From: Pristiophorus japonicus
Lineage: Eukaryota
Assembly (NCBI RefSeq): GCF_044704955.1
Contig: NC_091994.1
Span: forward strand, 47,616,001-47,680,000
Length of the DNA: 64,000 bases
Direction of reading: 5' to 3'
In this document: positions 49,315 through 61,799 of the stretch, one piece after another
How positions within the stretch are numbered: position 1 is the stretch's first letter
Layout of the letters: each line of letters opens with the position of its first letter
Notes under the pieces: model-generated
What the model saw: the letters and a program-made list of their open reading frames with translations, nothing else
Told to the model about the DNA's origin: nothing
The model's database searches: none
Made by a program: the position numbers and the translations under genes

Positions 49315-52300
49315 GTCGGTGAGCGGGAGAACGAGGAGGAGGAGCAGCGTCGAGTCGGGAGGCCTACAAGAGGCCAGCCGGTGCAGCTGCACCAGGGAGG
49401 CAAAAAAGAAGTAGAAAGAAATTGAAAGGTGACGTCACAGCCAAGGGGGTAAGTGATTGGCTGGTGATTGGTGAGTAGCTTTTCTTTTTTCTTTTCTTTA
49501 TCAGTAAGTAACCTGTAGCATTGTTGTTGCCAAATTAAGTTAATCTAAGGGTTGAGACATGGCAGGAGAGCTCAGACATGTGTTATGCTCCTCCTGTAAT
49601 ATGTGAGAAGTCAGGGACGCTTCCGGTGTCCCTGACAACTACGTGTGCGGGAAGTGTATCCGCCTCCAGCTCCTGACGGACCGCATTGCGGCACTGGAGC
49701 TGTGGGTGGATTCACTCTGGAGCATCCATGATGCTGAGAATGACGTGAATAGCATGTTTAGCGAATTGGTCACACCGCAGGTAAAGGGTACACAGCTAGA
49801 TAGGGGATGGGTGACCAACAGGAAGAGCAGTGCAAGGAAGGTAGTGCAGGGGTCCCCTGCGGTCACCCCCCTGCAAAACAGATACACCGCTTTGGGTACT
49901 GTTGAAGGGGATGACTCATCAGAAGAGAGCAGCAGCAGCCAAGTTCATGGCACCGTGGGTGGCCCTGATGCACAGGAGGGCAGGAAAAAGAGTGGGAGAG
50001 CTATAGTGATAGGGGATTCGATTGTAAGGGGAATAGATAGGCGTTTCTGCGGCCGCAATCGAGACTCCAGGATGGTATGTTGCTTCCCTGGTGCAAGGGT
50101 TAAGGATGTCTCGGAGCGGGTGCAGGACATTCTGAAAAGGGAGGGTGAACAGCCAGTTGTCGTACACGGTGCAAATGTGGTCTAACCAAGGTTCAACACA
50201 GGTTTAGCATAACTTCCCTACTTTTCAATTCTATACCTCTAGAACTAAACCCCAGTGCTTGGTTTGCTTTTTTTATTGCCTTGCTAACCTGTGTCACAAC
50301 TTTTACCGATTTGTGAATTGTACTCAGATCCCTTTGTTCCTCTACCCCACCGAGACTCGCACCCTCCAAGTAATACGTGACCTCCCTATTCTTCCTACCA
50401 AAATGTAATACCTCACATTTATCTGTGCTGAACTTCATTTTGCCAGTGAAATGCCCATTCTGCAAGTTTATTAATGTCCTCCTGTAATTTGTTGCAGCAC
50501 TCCTTGGTATTGACTATTCACTCACGCCTCACAATTTGGCACCATCCACAAATTTAGAAATTGTGTTTTTAATTCCAAAGTCTAAATCAGTTGATGTAAA
50601 TTGTGAACAGCAGTGGCCCCAGCACTGATCCTTGTGGGACACCACTACCCACCTTCTGCCACTGTGAATAGCTACCCTTTACTCCTACTCTCTGCTTTCT
50701 GTCCTGAAGCCAGATAATGATCCATTCCGCTACTTGTCCCCTCACTCCATATTCTCTGACCTTGCTCATCAGTCTATTATGGGCTACCTTATCCAAGGCC
50801 TTTTGAAAATCTAGATAAATTACATCTCCTTCATTACCATTGTTCACTCCCTCTGTTATATCTTCAAAAATTTCAATAAGGTTGGTCAAGCAAGAATTTC
50901 CCTTTTGAAATCCATGCTGACCATTCATTATATTTTTAGTCTCCAGATCTTATTTTCTCCTTTAGTGGAGAGATTCCATTATTTTTCCTACCACCGATGT
51001 TAAGCTAATTGGACATGCAATACCTATATTTAAGGGGGATAGAACATTAAGCTTTCATCAGTCCTCTGGCACTACACTGTTTTCTAACTAATTATTAAAT
51101 ATGTGTAGTAATACGTCTGCTATCTCTTCCCTAGATTCTTTTAAAAAGGTGCTACATAAACGCAATTTCTTTTTCAATGTTTTGATGTAATAGAAAGAGA
51201 CACTTGCATTTATATAGCACCTTTCATGATGTCCCAAAGGGCTTTACAGACAATGATGTACTTTAAAAATAGTCACTTATGTAATGTAGAAAACACAGCA
51301 GCTAAATTACACCCAGCAAGTCCCACAAACAGCAATTTGATAATAACCAATGATGTTGATCGATGGATAAATATTGACCGAACACCTGTGGATAACCACT
51401 GCTCTTCAACATAGTGCCACAAGATATTTTACATCTTCCTCGAGAAGGCAGACATTTGGTGCAAGGGTCAAGGATGTCTCGGAGCGGTTGCAGGACATTC
51501 TGAAAAGGGAGGGTAAACAGCCAGTTGTCATGGTGCATATAGGTACCAACGATATAGGTAAAAATGGGATGAGGTCCTACGAGACGAATTTAGGGAGCTA
51601 GGAGCTAAATTTAAAAAGTAGGACTTCAAAAGTAGTAATCTCAGGATTACTACCAGTGCCACGTGAGAGTAGGAATCGCAAGATAGCTCAGATGAATACG
51701 TGGCTTGAGGAGTGGTGCAGAAGGGAGGGTTTCAAATTCCTGGGACATTGGAACCGGCTCTGGGGGAGTTGGGACCAGTACAAATCGGATTGACTGGGCA
51801 GGACCGGAACCAATGTCCTCGGGGGAGTGTTTGCCAACGCTGTTGGGGAGCAGTTAAACTAACATGGCAGGGGGATGGGAAGCTATGCAAGGAGACAGAG
51901 GGAAATAAAATGGAGGCAGAAGCAAAAGATAGAACGGAGAATAATAAAAGTGCAGGGCAGAGAAACCCAAGGCAAAAAACAAAAAGGGCCACATTACAGC
52001 AAAATTCTACAGGGGCAAAGTGTGCTAAAAAGAGAGGCCTGAAGGCTCTGTGCCTCAATGCGAGGAGTATTCGGAATAAGGTGGATGAATTAACTGCGCA
52101 GATAGCAGTTAATGGATATGATGTAATTGACATCACGGAGACATGGCTCCAGGGTGACCAAGGCTGGGAACTCAACATCCAGGGGTATTCAACATTTAGG
52201 AAGGATAGATAGAGAGGAAAAGGAGGCGGTGTGGCGTTGCTGGTTAAAGAGGAAATTAATGCAATAGTAAGCCGGGACATTAGCCAGCATGATGTGGAAT

Positions 52301-54899
52301 CGGTATGGGTGGAGCTACGGAATAGCAAAGGGCAGAAAACGCCAGTGGGAGTTGTGTACAGACCACCAAACAGTAGTAGTGAGGTTGGGGACAGCATCAA
52401 ACAAAAAATAAGGGATGTGTGCAATAAAAGTACAGCAGTTATCATGGGTGACTTTAATCTACATATTGATTGGGCTAACTAAACTGGTAGCAATGCGGTG
52501 GAGGAGGATTTCCTGGAGTGTATTAGGGATGGTTTTCTAGACCAATATGTCGAGGAACCAACTCGAGAGCTGGCCATCCTAGACTGGGTGATGTGTAATG
52601 AGAAGGGACTAATTAGCAATCTTGTTGTGCGAGGCCCCTTGGGGAAGAGTGACCATAATATGGTAGAATTCTTTATTAAGATGGCGAGTGACACAGTTAA
52701 TTTGGAAACTAGGGTCCTAAACTTAAGGAAAGGTAACTTCGACGGTATGAGCTTGAATTGGCTAGAATAGACTAGCAAAGGATACTTAAAGGGTTGATGG
52801 TGGATAAGCAATGGCAAACATTTAAAGATCACATGGATGAACTGCAGCAATTGTACATCCCTGTCTGGAGTAAAAATAAAATGGGGAAGGTGGCTCAACC
52901 GTGACTAACAAGGGAAATTAAGGATAGTATTAAAACCAAGGAAAAGGCATATAAATTGGCTAGAAAAAGCAACAAACCTGAGGACTGGGAGATATTTAGA
53001 ATTCAACAGAGGAGGACTAAGGGTTTAATTAAGAGGGGGAAAATAGAGTATGAGGGGAAGTTTGCAGGGAACATAAAAACTGTCTGCAAAAGCTTCTATA
53101 AATATCTGAAGAGAAAAAGATTAGTGAAGACAAACGTAGGTTCCTTGCAGTCGGATTCAGGTGAATTTATAATGGGGAACAAAGAAATGGCAGACCAATT
53201 GAACAAATACTTCGGTTCTTCTTCATGAAGGAAGACACAAATAACCTTTCGGATGTACTAGGGCACAGTGGGTCTAGTGGGAAGGAGGAACTGAAGGATA
53301 TCCTTATTAGGCGGGAAATTGTGTTAGGGAAATTGATGGGATTGAAGGCTGCTAAATCCCCGGGGCCTGATAGTCTGCATCCCAGAGTACTTAAGGAAGT
53401 GGCCCTAGGAATAGTGGATGCATTGGTGATCATTTTCCAACAGTATATCGACTCTGGATCAGTTCCTATGGACTGGAGGGTAGCTAATGTAAAACCACTT
53501 TTAAAAAAAGGAGGGAGAGAGAAAACGGGTAATTATAGACCGGTTAGCCTGACATCAGTAGTGGGGAAAATGTTGGAATCAATCATTAAGGGTGAAATAG
53601 CAGCGCATGTGGAAAGCAGTGACAGGATCGGTCCAAGTCAGCATGGATTTATGAAAGGGAAATCATGCTTGACGAATATTCTGGAATTTTTTGAGGATGT
53701 AACTAGCAGAGTGGACAAGGGAGAACCAATGGATGTGGTGTATTTGGACTTTCAAAAGGCTTTTGACAAGGTCCCACACAAGAGATTGGTGTGCAAGATC
53801 AAAGCACATGGCATTGGAGGTAATGTACTGACGTGGATAGAGAACTGGTTGGCAGACAGGAAGCAGAGAGTCCGGATAAACGGGTCCTTTTCAGAATGGC
53901 AGGCAGTGACTAATGGAGTGCCGCAGGGCTCAGTGCTGGGACCCCAGCTATTTACAATATACATTAACGAATTAGATGAAGGAATTGAGTGTAATGTCTC
54001 CAAGTTTGCAGAGACACTAAACTGGGTGGCGGTGTGAGCTGTGAGGAGGATGCTAAGAGTGACTTGGACAGATTAGGTGAGTGGGCAAATGCATGGCAGA
54101 TGCAGTATAATATGGATAAATGTGAGATTATCCATTTTGGGGGCAAAAACACAAAGGCAGAATATTATCTCAACGGCGGCAGATTAGGAAAAGGGGAGGT
54201 GCAATGAGACCTGGGTGTCATGGTACATCATTGAAAGTTGGCATGCAGGTACAGCAGGCGAATGGTATGTTGGCCTTCATAGCTAGGGGATTTGAATATA
54301 AGAGCAGGGAGGTCTTACTGCAGTTGTACAGGGCCTTGGTGAGGCCTCACTTGGAATATTGTGTTCAGTTTTGGTCTTCTAATCTGATGAAGGACTTTCT
54401 TGCTATTGAGGGAGTGCAGCGAAAGTTCATCAGACTGATTTCATTGATGGCTGGACTAACATGAGGAAAGACTGGATCAACTGGGCCTTTATTCACTGGA
54501 GTTTAGAAGGATGAGAGAGGATCTCATAGCAACGTATAAGATTCTGACGGGACTGGACAGGAAAAATGTTCCCAATGTTGGCGAAGTCCAGAACCAGGGG
54601 ACATAGTCTTAGGATAAGGGCTAGGCCATTTAGGAATGAGATGAGGAGAAACTTCTTCACTCAGAGTTGTTAACCTGTGGAATTCCCTGCCGCAGAGAGT
54701 TGTTGATGTCAGTTCATTGGATATATTCAAGAGGTAGTTAGATATGGCCCTTACGGCAAAAGATATCAAGGGGTATGGAGAGAAAACAGGAATGGGGAAC
54801 TGAGGGAATGATCAGCCATGATCTTATTGAATGGCGGTGCAGGCTTGAAGGGCCGAATGGCCTACTCCTGCACCTATTTTCTATGTTTCTATGTTTCTA
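49315..54899 (+). mobile_element. Full-length CR1-clade LINE (ORF1 zinc finger plus SGNH esterase; ORF2 endonuclease plus RT), decayed
   Basis: ORF1 from ATG 49559 with CGKC, VIGDSIVRG, HIGTND; ORF2 LNARSI, ITETWL, MGDFN, SDHN, YLDFQKAFD; (TTTCTATG)n tail. The empty site is at about 14495. Confidence 0.93.
50170..51456 (-). repeat. Inverted copy of a J-C intron segment (about 33865-35140)
   Basis: Reverse-complement match includes the same SINE/CR1 junction. Confidence 0.85.
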
Positions 54900-55653
54900 T
54901 TATTTAAATGGGGAATAATTGCAAAGAGCTGCAGTACAGCGGGACCTGCGGGTACTTGTGCATGAAACACAAAAGGTTACTATGCAGGTACAACAATTGA
55001 TCAGGAAGGCCAATTGAATCTTGGCCTTTATTGCAAAGGGGATATTGTGTAAAAGCAGGGAAGTCTTGCTATAGTTACACAGGGTATTATTGAGGCCACA
55101 CCTGGAATACTGCGTACAGTTTGGTTTCCATAATTACGAAAGGATATACTTCCTTTGGAGGCAGTTCAGAGAAGGTTCACTTTGGTTGATTCTGGAGTTG
55201 AGGGTGTTGACGTATGAGGAAAGGTTGAGGAGGTTGGGCCTCTACTCATTGGAATTCTGAAGAATGAGAGGTGATCTTATTGAAGCGTTTAAGATTATTA
55301 AATGGCGGAGCAGGCTCGAGGGGCCGTATGGCCTATTCCGGCTCCTATTTCTTATGTTCTTATGTTCTTATGACATGGAATGCCTGATCAGAACCAGTGG
55401 GGGAAACAATGCATCAGGTTTTAAAGGGGAAGTGAATATGAATTTGCAAAATAATATTGAAAAGGGCATTTGAAATGGAACCAAGTGGCTGGGTCTTTCA
55501 AAGCATCAGCACAGGTGCACAGGTCAGATGGCCCCGTTCTGTGCTGTCAGATTCTATGGTTCTATGCGTGGTCACGGAGGGAGTGCATTGTGTGGTCGAG
55601 TGTACTGACACATGTCCCAACTTCTCCCAACACTTTTTACTCAACATGATTAG

Positions 55654-58600
55654 TGTTACACTCATAATAAATGGTCAGACTGAGTACTGTGTGTAATGAG
55701 CAAGTGTGACCTTAGCTCCTTTATTAAGATTCCAGAGTGCGGGTATCTTGTGGGTGACCTGCTTATATACTGTGCTCCCAAGGGATGCTGGGATCCCTTG
55801 GGACTCCAACAGGTAGGCCCTCTGGTGGTCAGGTGTGATGCAGGTTACAAGGGGCTAAATACATAACATCACTCCCCCGTGAAGTTAACAGTACACTTAT
55901 TTACAAGGTGAGACGATCTGGGGCTTTGTGCTCCCTTGTCGATCGTCTTGTTACAAACGCTGGTGTGGGTGGGTTGGTCAGTCCTTCAGTGGGCTGTTAG
56001 GCAGCCGGCCTTGCCGGGCTGCTGGGGATGATGAGTTTGGTTTTGTGGTCAACTATGATGTCAGTTTCCACGTGTGTGTGTGTGTGTTGGAGGGTCAAAG
56101 TTGGTGGTGTCCTCTTCAGGTTGTTCGTAGCTGTTGGTAAACTTCAATTTGATTTGGTCGAAGTGTTTTCTGTGCGTTTGTCCATTGTTCAGTTTGACCT
56201 GAAACACCCTACTCCCCTCTTTGCCGGTGACCATGCCAGTGAGCCATTTGGGACCATGTCCATAATTGAGCACAAACACAGGATCATTGATCTCAATATC
56301 GCATGACAATTTTGCACGGTCATGGTACACACTTTGTTGATGCTGCTTGTTCTCCACGTGATCCTGTAGATCAAGGTGGATAAGAGAAAGCCTTGTTTTA
56401 AGCGCCCTTTTCATGAGCAGCTCAGCTGGGGGAATGACGGTGAGTGAGTGGGGTCTGGCCATTGGATGCGGGCTTGAACGGTGCAAATGTGAAATGTTTG
56501 ATCCGTTTGCGGGTCATGAGTTCCTTGAATTCAGCACTGGTGAAGTACGGCCCATTGTAGCTGACTAGGACATCAGGCAAGCTGTGTATGGCAAACATGG
56601 CGAGTAGGCTTTCAATGGTGGCCTTGGATGTGCTTACAGATATTATTGCACATTCAATCCATTTTGAGTAAGCATCCACGACAACCAAAAACATTTTGCC
56701 GAGGAATGGGCCCGCATAGTCTAAATGGATCCTCGACCACAGTTTGGATGGCCATGACCACAAACTTAGCGGTCACTCTCTGGGTGTAATGCTCAACTGA
56801 GAGCAAGTGTTGCAGTGGCGCATGCATGACCCTAAATCTGAGTCGATGCCAGGCCACCACACGTGGGGTCTGGCTATGGCTTTCATCATTACGATGCCTG
56901 GGTGGGTGTTGTGCAGTTCGTAAATAAATGTCTCTCTGCCTTTCTTGGGCAAGACTACGCGATTGCCCTACAAAAGACAGTCTGCCTGCAGGGACAACTC
57001 GTCTTTGCGTCTGTGGAATGGCTTCATCATTTCCTGCTTCTCCACTGGGACACTAGACTAGCTCCCAAGGAGGACACAGATTTTTACTAAGGTCAGTAAA
57101 GGATCCTGGCTGGTCCAGATCCTGGTCTGGTGGGCCATAACGGGGGACTTCTCGTTCTCAACTGCTTCTATGACCATGAGCAAGTCCGCTGGCTGTGCCA
57201 TTTCCACCCCGGTGGTGGGAAATTGTAGCCGACTGAGAGCTTCTGTGCAGTTCTCTGTGCCCGGTCTGTGGTGGATTACATAGTTGTATGTCGACAGCGT
57301 GAGCGCCCATCTTTGGATGCGGGCAAAGGCATTGGTATTAATCCCTTTGCTCTCCGAGAATAGCGATATGAACGGCTTGTGGTCAGTTTCAAGCTCGAAC
57401 TTGAGCCTAAACAAGTACTGGTGCATTTTTTTTACCCAAAAAATGCACGTCAGAGCCTCTTTTTCAACCATGCTGTAGGCCCTTTTGGCCTTGGACAAAC
57501 TTCGGGATGCATACGCAACCGGTTGCAAAATTCCCGATTCATTAGCCTGTTGTAACACACACCTGACCCCATATGACGACACATCGCAAGCTAACATTAA
57601 TCATTTACATGGGTTATACAGGACAAGCAGTTTGTTTGAACACAACAGATTTCTGGCTTTCTTAAAGGCAGCCTCTTGTGAATTCCCCCATACCCAGTCG
57701 TCTCCCTTGCGTAGCAGCACATGTAGGGGTTCCAGCTGGGTGCTTAACCCAGGTAGGAAATTACCGAAATAGTTAAGGAGCCCCAGGAATGACCGCAGCT
57801 CCGTCACGTTCTGTGGTCGTGGCACGTTCTTGATGGCCTCCGTCTTGGCGTCAGTGGGTCTGATGCCATTTGCGGTGATTCTCCTGCCTAAGAATTCGAC
57901 GACTTTTGCCAGAAAAACACACTTCGAGCGTTTCAACCTGAGCCCCACATGATCCAACCAACTAAAAACCTCCTCCAGATTCTTCAAGTGCTCCATGGTG
58001 TCCCAACCTGTAACCAATATGTCGTCCTGGAAGACCACAGTGCAAGCCGACTGTAGCAGGCTCTCCATGTTCCGCTGGAAGATCGCTGCGGCCGACCGAA
58101 TCCCGAACGGGCAACGGTCGTAGATAAACAGACCTTTGTGTGTGTTGATGCAGGTGAGGCCTTTCAAAGACTCCTCCCGCTTCTGCGTCATGTAGGCCCA
58201 GCTTGATGAATGTCTTCCCTCCAACCAGGGTCGCGGATAGGTTGTCTGCCTTGGGTAGTGGATACTGATCCTACAGCGAAAAACGGTTAATCGTTACTTT
58301 ATAGTCCCTGCAAATTCTAACCATACTGTCCTCCTTGAGTACCAGAACAATCGGACTGGCCCAGTCGTTGAATTCCACCGGCGCGATGATGCCTTCACGT
58401 TGCAACCTGTCCAGCTCGATTTCCAGTTTTTCACGCATCATGTGCGGTACCGCCCGAGCCTTGTGGTGGATGGGTCACATACCGGGATCCAAATGGATGT
58501 GCACTTTCGCCCCGAAAAGCTTCCAATGCCTGGCCCGAACAACGAAGGGCACTTGCTTAGAATCTAGGTACATGCGGTGTTGTCGACGGACAAAAGCACT

Positions 58601-60070
58601 CGAATGTCGTCCCAGTTCCAGTGGATTTTCCCTAGCCAGCTTCTGCCAAACAACGTGGGGCCATCCCCTGGCATAATCCACAGTGGGAGTTCGTATACTG
58701 CTCCATCATAGGAGACTTTGCCTTCAGCACTGCCAAATACAGGGATTAGTTCCTTGGCATACGTCCTTAGTTTGGTGTGAATGGGGCTGAGCTTGGGCCT
58801 GTGTGTCTTCTTTCCCCACAACCTGTCGAAGGCCGTTTTACTCATTATGCACTGTCTTGCCCCCGTGTCCAGCTCCATAGACACTGGAATGCCGTTCAGT
58901 TCAACTTTCAACATTATCGGTGGGCATTTCATCGTGAACATGTGTACCCTGTACTCCTTTGCCTCCTCAGTACGAGCTTCCAATTCCATCTGATCCATTG
59001 TGGATCGATCTTCCTCTGCAACGTGGTGGTTTGCAGGATTTGCAGCTCGTCTGCACATTCGTTGGAGGTTTCCCATTGTTCTGCAGCCATTACATGCATA
59101 GAGCTTAAAGCAACATTGATGGGGCCGATGATCACCCCCGCAGCACCAACAGGTGTTAACTGCCTCACATTAACAGATGATGGCTGACTCTGGGTCAATT
59201 GAGGTTGGGCGACAGCAGCCGGCATGTCTGTTCTGCCCTGTACATTTCTGCTCAAAACTGGTCACTTTATGCACAGTACTGGCCGAAACTTCTTTGCTCT
59301 ATAAAATCTGCTTGGTGTTGTTACTGGTGGACATAAATGCCTGGGCTATCGTTATGGCTTTACTCAGACTCGGAGTTTCTACAGTCAACAGTTTGCAAAG
59401 GATTATCTCATGTCCAATAACCAGTACAAAAAAGTCTCTCAGCATTTGTTCTAGGAATCCCTCAAACTCACAATGTCCTGCAAGGCGCCTTAGTTCGGCG
59501 ACGTAGCTCGGCACTTTCTGGCCCTCCGACCGTTGACACGTGTAGAACCGATATCGCGCCATCAAAACGCTTTTATTAGGATTTAGGTGCTCCCGGAGCA
59601 GCGTACAGAATTCTTCATAGGATTTCTCTGTTGGTTTTGCTGGGGCCAGGAGATTCTTCATGAGGTTTGTTGCCCCACAGTTAGGTGGATCACCCTTCGT
59701 TTGGTAGTGTTCTTGTCCCCTTCCAGCTCATTGGCCATGAAATATTGGTCGAGTCTCTCCACGAAGGCCTCCCAATTATCCCCTTCTGAGAACTTCTCCA
59801 GGATGCCGACTGTTCTTTGCATTTTCGCGCGGTTGTTCGTTACCTCGTTGCCAATTGTTACACTCATAATAAATCGTCAGACTGAGTACTGTGTGTAATG
59901 AGCAAGTGTGATCTTAACCCCTTTATTAAGATTCCAGAGTGCAGGTACCTCGTGCGTGGCCTGCTTATATACTGTGCTCCCAAGGGATGCTGGGATCCCT
60001 TGGGACTCCAACAGGTGGGCCCTCTGGTGGTCAGGTATGATGCAGGTTACAAGGGGTTAAATACACAACA
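55654..60070 (-). mobile_element. Gypsy element B copy 2
   Basis: LTRs 55654-55868 and 59856-60070; same ATTAG TSD and same flanks as copy 1. Confidence 0.95.
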
Positions 60071-61799
60071 ATTAGCAGTGGCCTGAGCCCATTCTGAATT
60101 GAAACTTAGCCTTTATGCATGAAGTGAATGGGAGGCAGCATGTTTGGTTGGGGTTGGTTTAAGACTGAAAATCTTATGGGATGCATTATCTTTCATGATC
60201 TCTCGAATAACCTCACACTGAAAGGTCATATCTTTCAAGCTAACCTACAATTTTAATTAATTTCAAGACAGAAATATAGTTTATTTTTCTTTATGTAAGC
60301 GATTTTACAATGAATTAAACATTCCAAATCTTTTGGACTGCTTTTTTATATTTTATTGAAGTTGTGGCTTGGTGCAATAGATTTTAAAAGTTTGTGTAGG
60401 GAGTGCTCCTGGATGCGTGCAAGGCTTTGGATGATAAAGGAAGGCCTCTATGATGACAAAAAATGCTGGAAATACTTAACAGGTAAGGCAGCATCTGTGG
60501 AGAGAGAAACAGAGTTCACATCTCAGGTCGATCCGTTGCCTGACCTGCTGAGTATTTCCAGAAATTTCTGCATATTTTCAGACTTCCAGCATTTTCTGTT
60601 TTTATTTGCGATTTCCAGCATCTGCTAGCAGAGGGAAGGAGAAGGCGCAGAGGAGGAAGACACAGAGAGATAGAAGCAGAAGAGGAGGAAGCTGATGGGA
60701 GGATGCAATGCAGACAGTCCCTTTCTGGCCGGGAGATCCGGGATGGAATCATTCGCCTGCAGTACCAGTGAGCACAACCCCAATTCCCCTTTCAACATTT
60801 GTCCCCACCTTACCTTCCCTCTGTTACTGACCATCACAGCGTTCGCTTGGCCACAATGCTGAAATAAAACCCACTACAATGCAAATGTTCCAATCCAACT
60901 TTATGCATCTATTCATCCAACATGACCAGAAATCAACTAATCACCCTTATGCATTCCCTTAGTGACTGTCTTGTGTGTGCCTTTACCTGTCCTAATGATG
61001 TCACTCAGTACTACCCCAGTGTCTGCAGCATGGCTGGTGGGAGGCTGCTGACTTTCAGTGGGGGACACTGCAGATGGCCTTGTATGTCACCCTCTAGGAG
61101 CTGGTGGCTGGGAGTGTCAAATCTTCTTCTTCTCCCTCCTCCTCCTCCCTCCTTCTCTCCTCCCCCCTCCCTCTTCTTCCTCCTCCTCCCTCCTCCTCCT
61201 CCTTCCTCTTCATGTTCCTCCTTCTCATTCTTTTGCTTCCTCTTTTTCCTTCTCCCTCTTCCTCCCACCTCCCTCCATCCACCTCCTGCTTCTCATCCTC
61301 GTCCTCTTCCTCATCTTCTTTCTCCTCTTCCTCTCCCTCTTCTTCCTCTTCTTTATGCGCAGATGGAAATTCAGCTTCAAGAGCTGAAGACTGCCATTTT
61401 AGAATTATGTATAATATTTTTTTTGGGAGAAGGCAGTTGAGCTCTAAGGGCTTAAATACTAGCCATTTTTTTGGATCATCCGCTTGGCATTTCGGGCGAA
61501 GATGGTTGACAACGCTTCAGCCTTGTCTTTTGAACACACGTGCTGGGCTCCTCCATCATTGAGGATTGGGATTTTCATGGAGCCTCCTCCTCCCGTTAGT
61601 TGTTTAATGGTCCACCACCATTCACGGCTGGATGTGACATGACTGCAGAGCTTTGGTCTTGGGATCATTTAGCTTTGTCTGTAGCATGCTGCTTCTGTTG
61701 TTTAGCATGTAACTGCGACAGTTGGAACTGGTGCTCTCCACTCTCTCTCCTGCAACAGTTGGAACTGGTGCTCTCCACTCTCCCATCCTAATATATATC

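Larger units (their letters stand above)
40917..61712 (+). repeat. Segmental duplication, paralogous to 1-21463
   Basis: Same order and identical insertion junctions for Gypsy A, CR1, Gypsy B, the inverted repeat and the CT tract. Confidence 0.93.
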
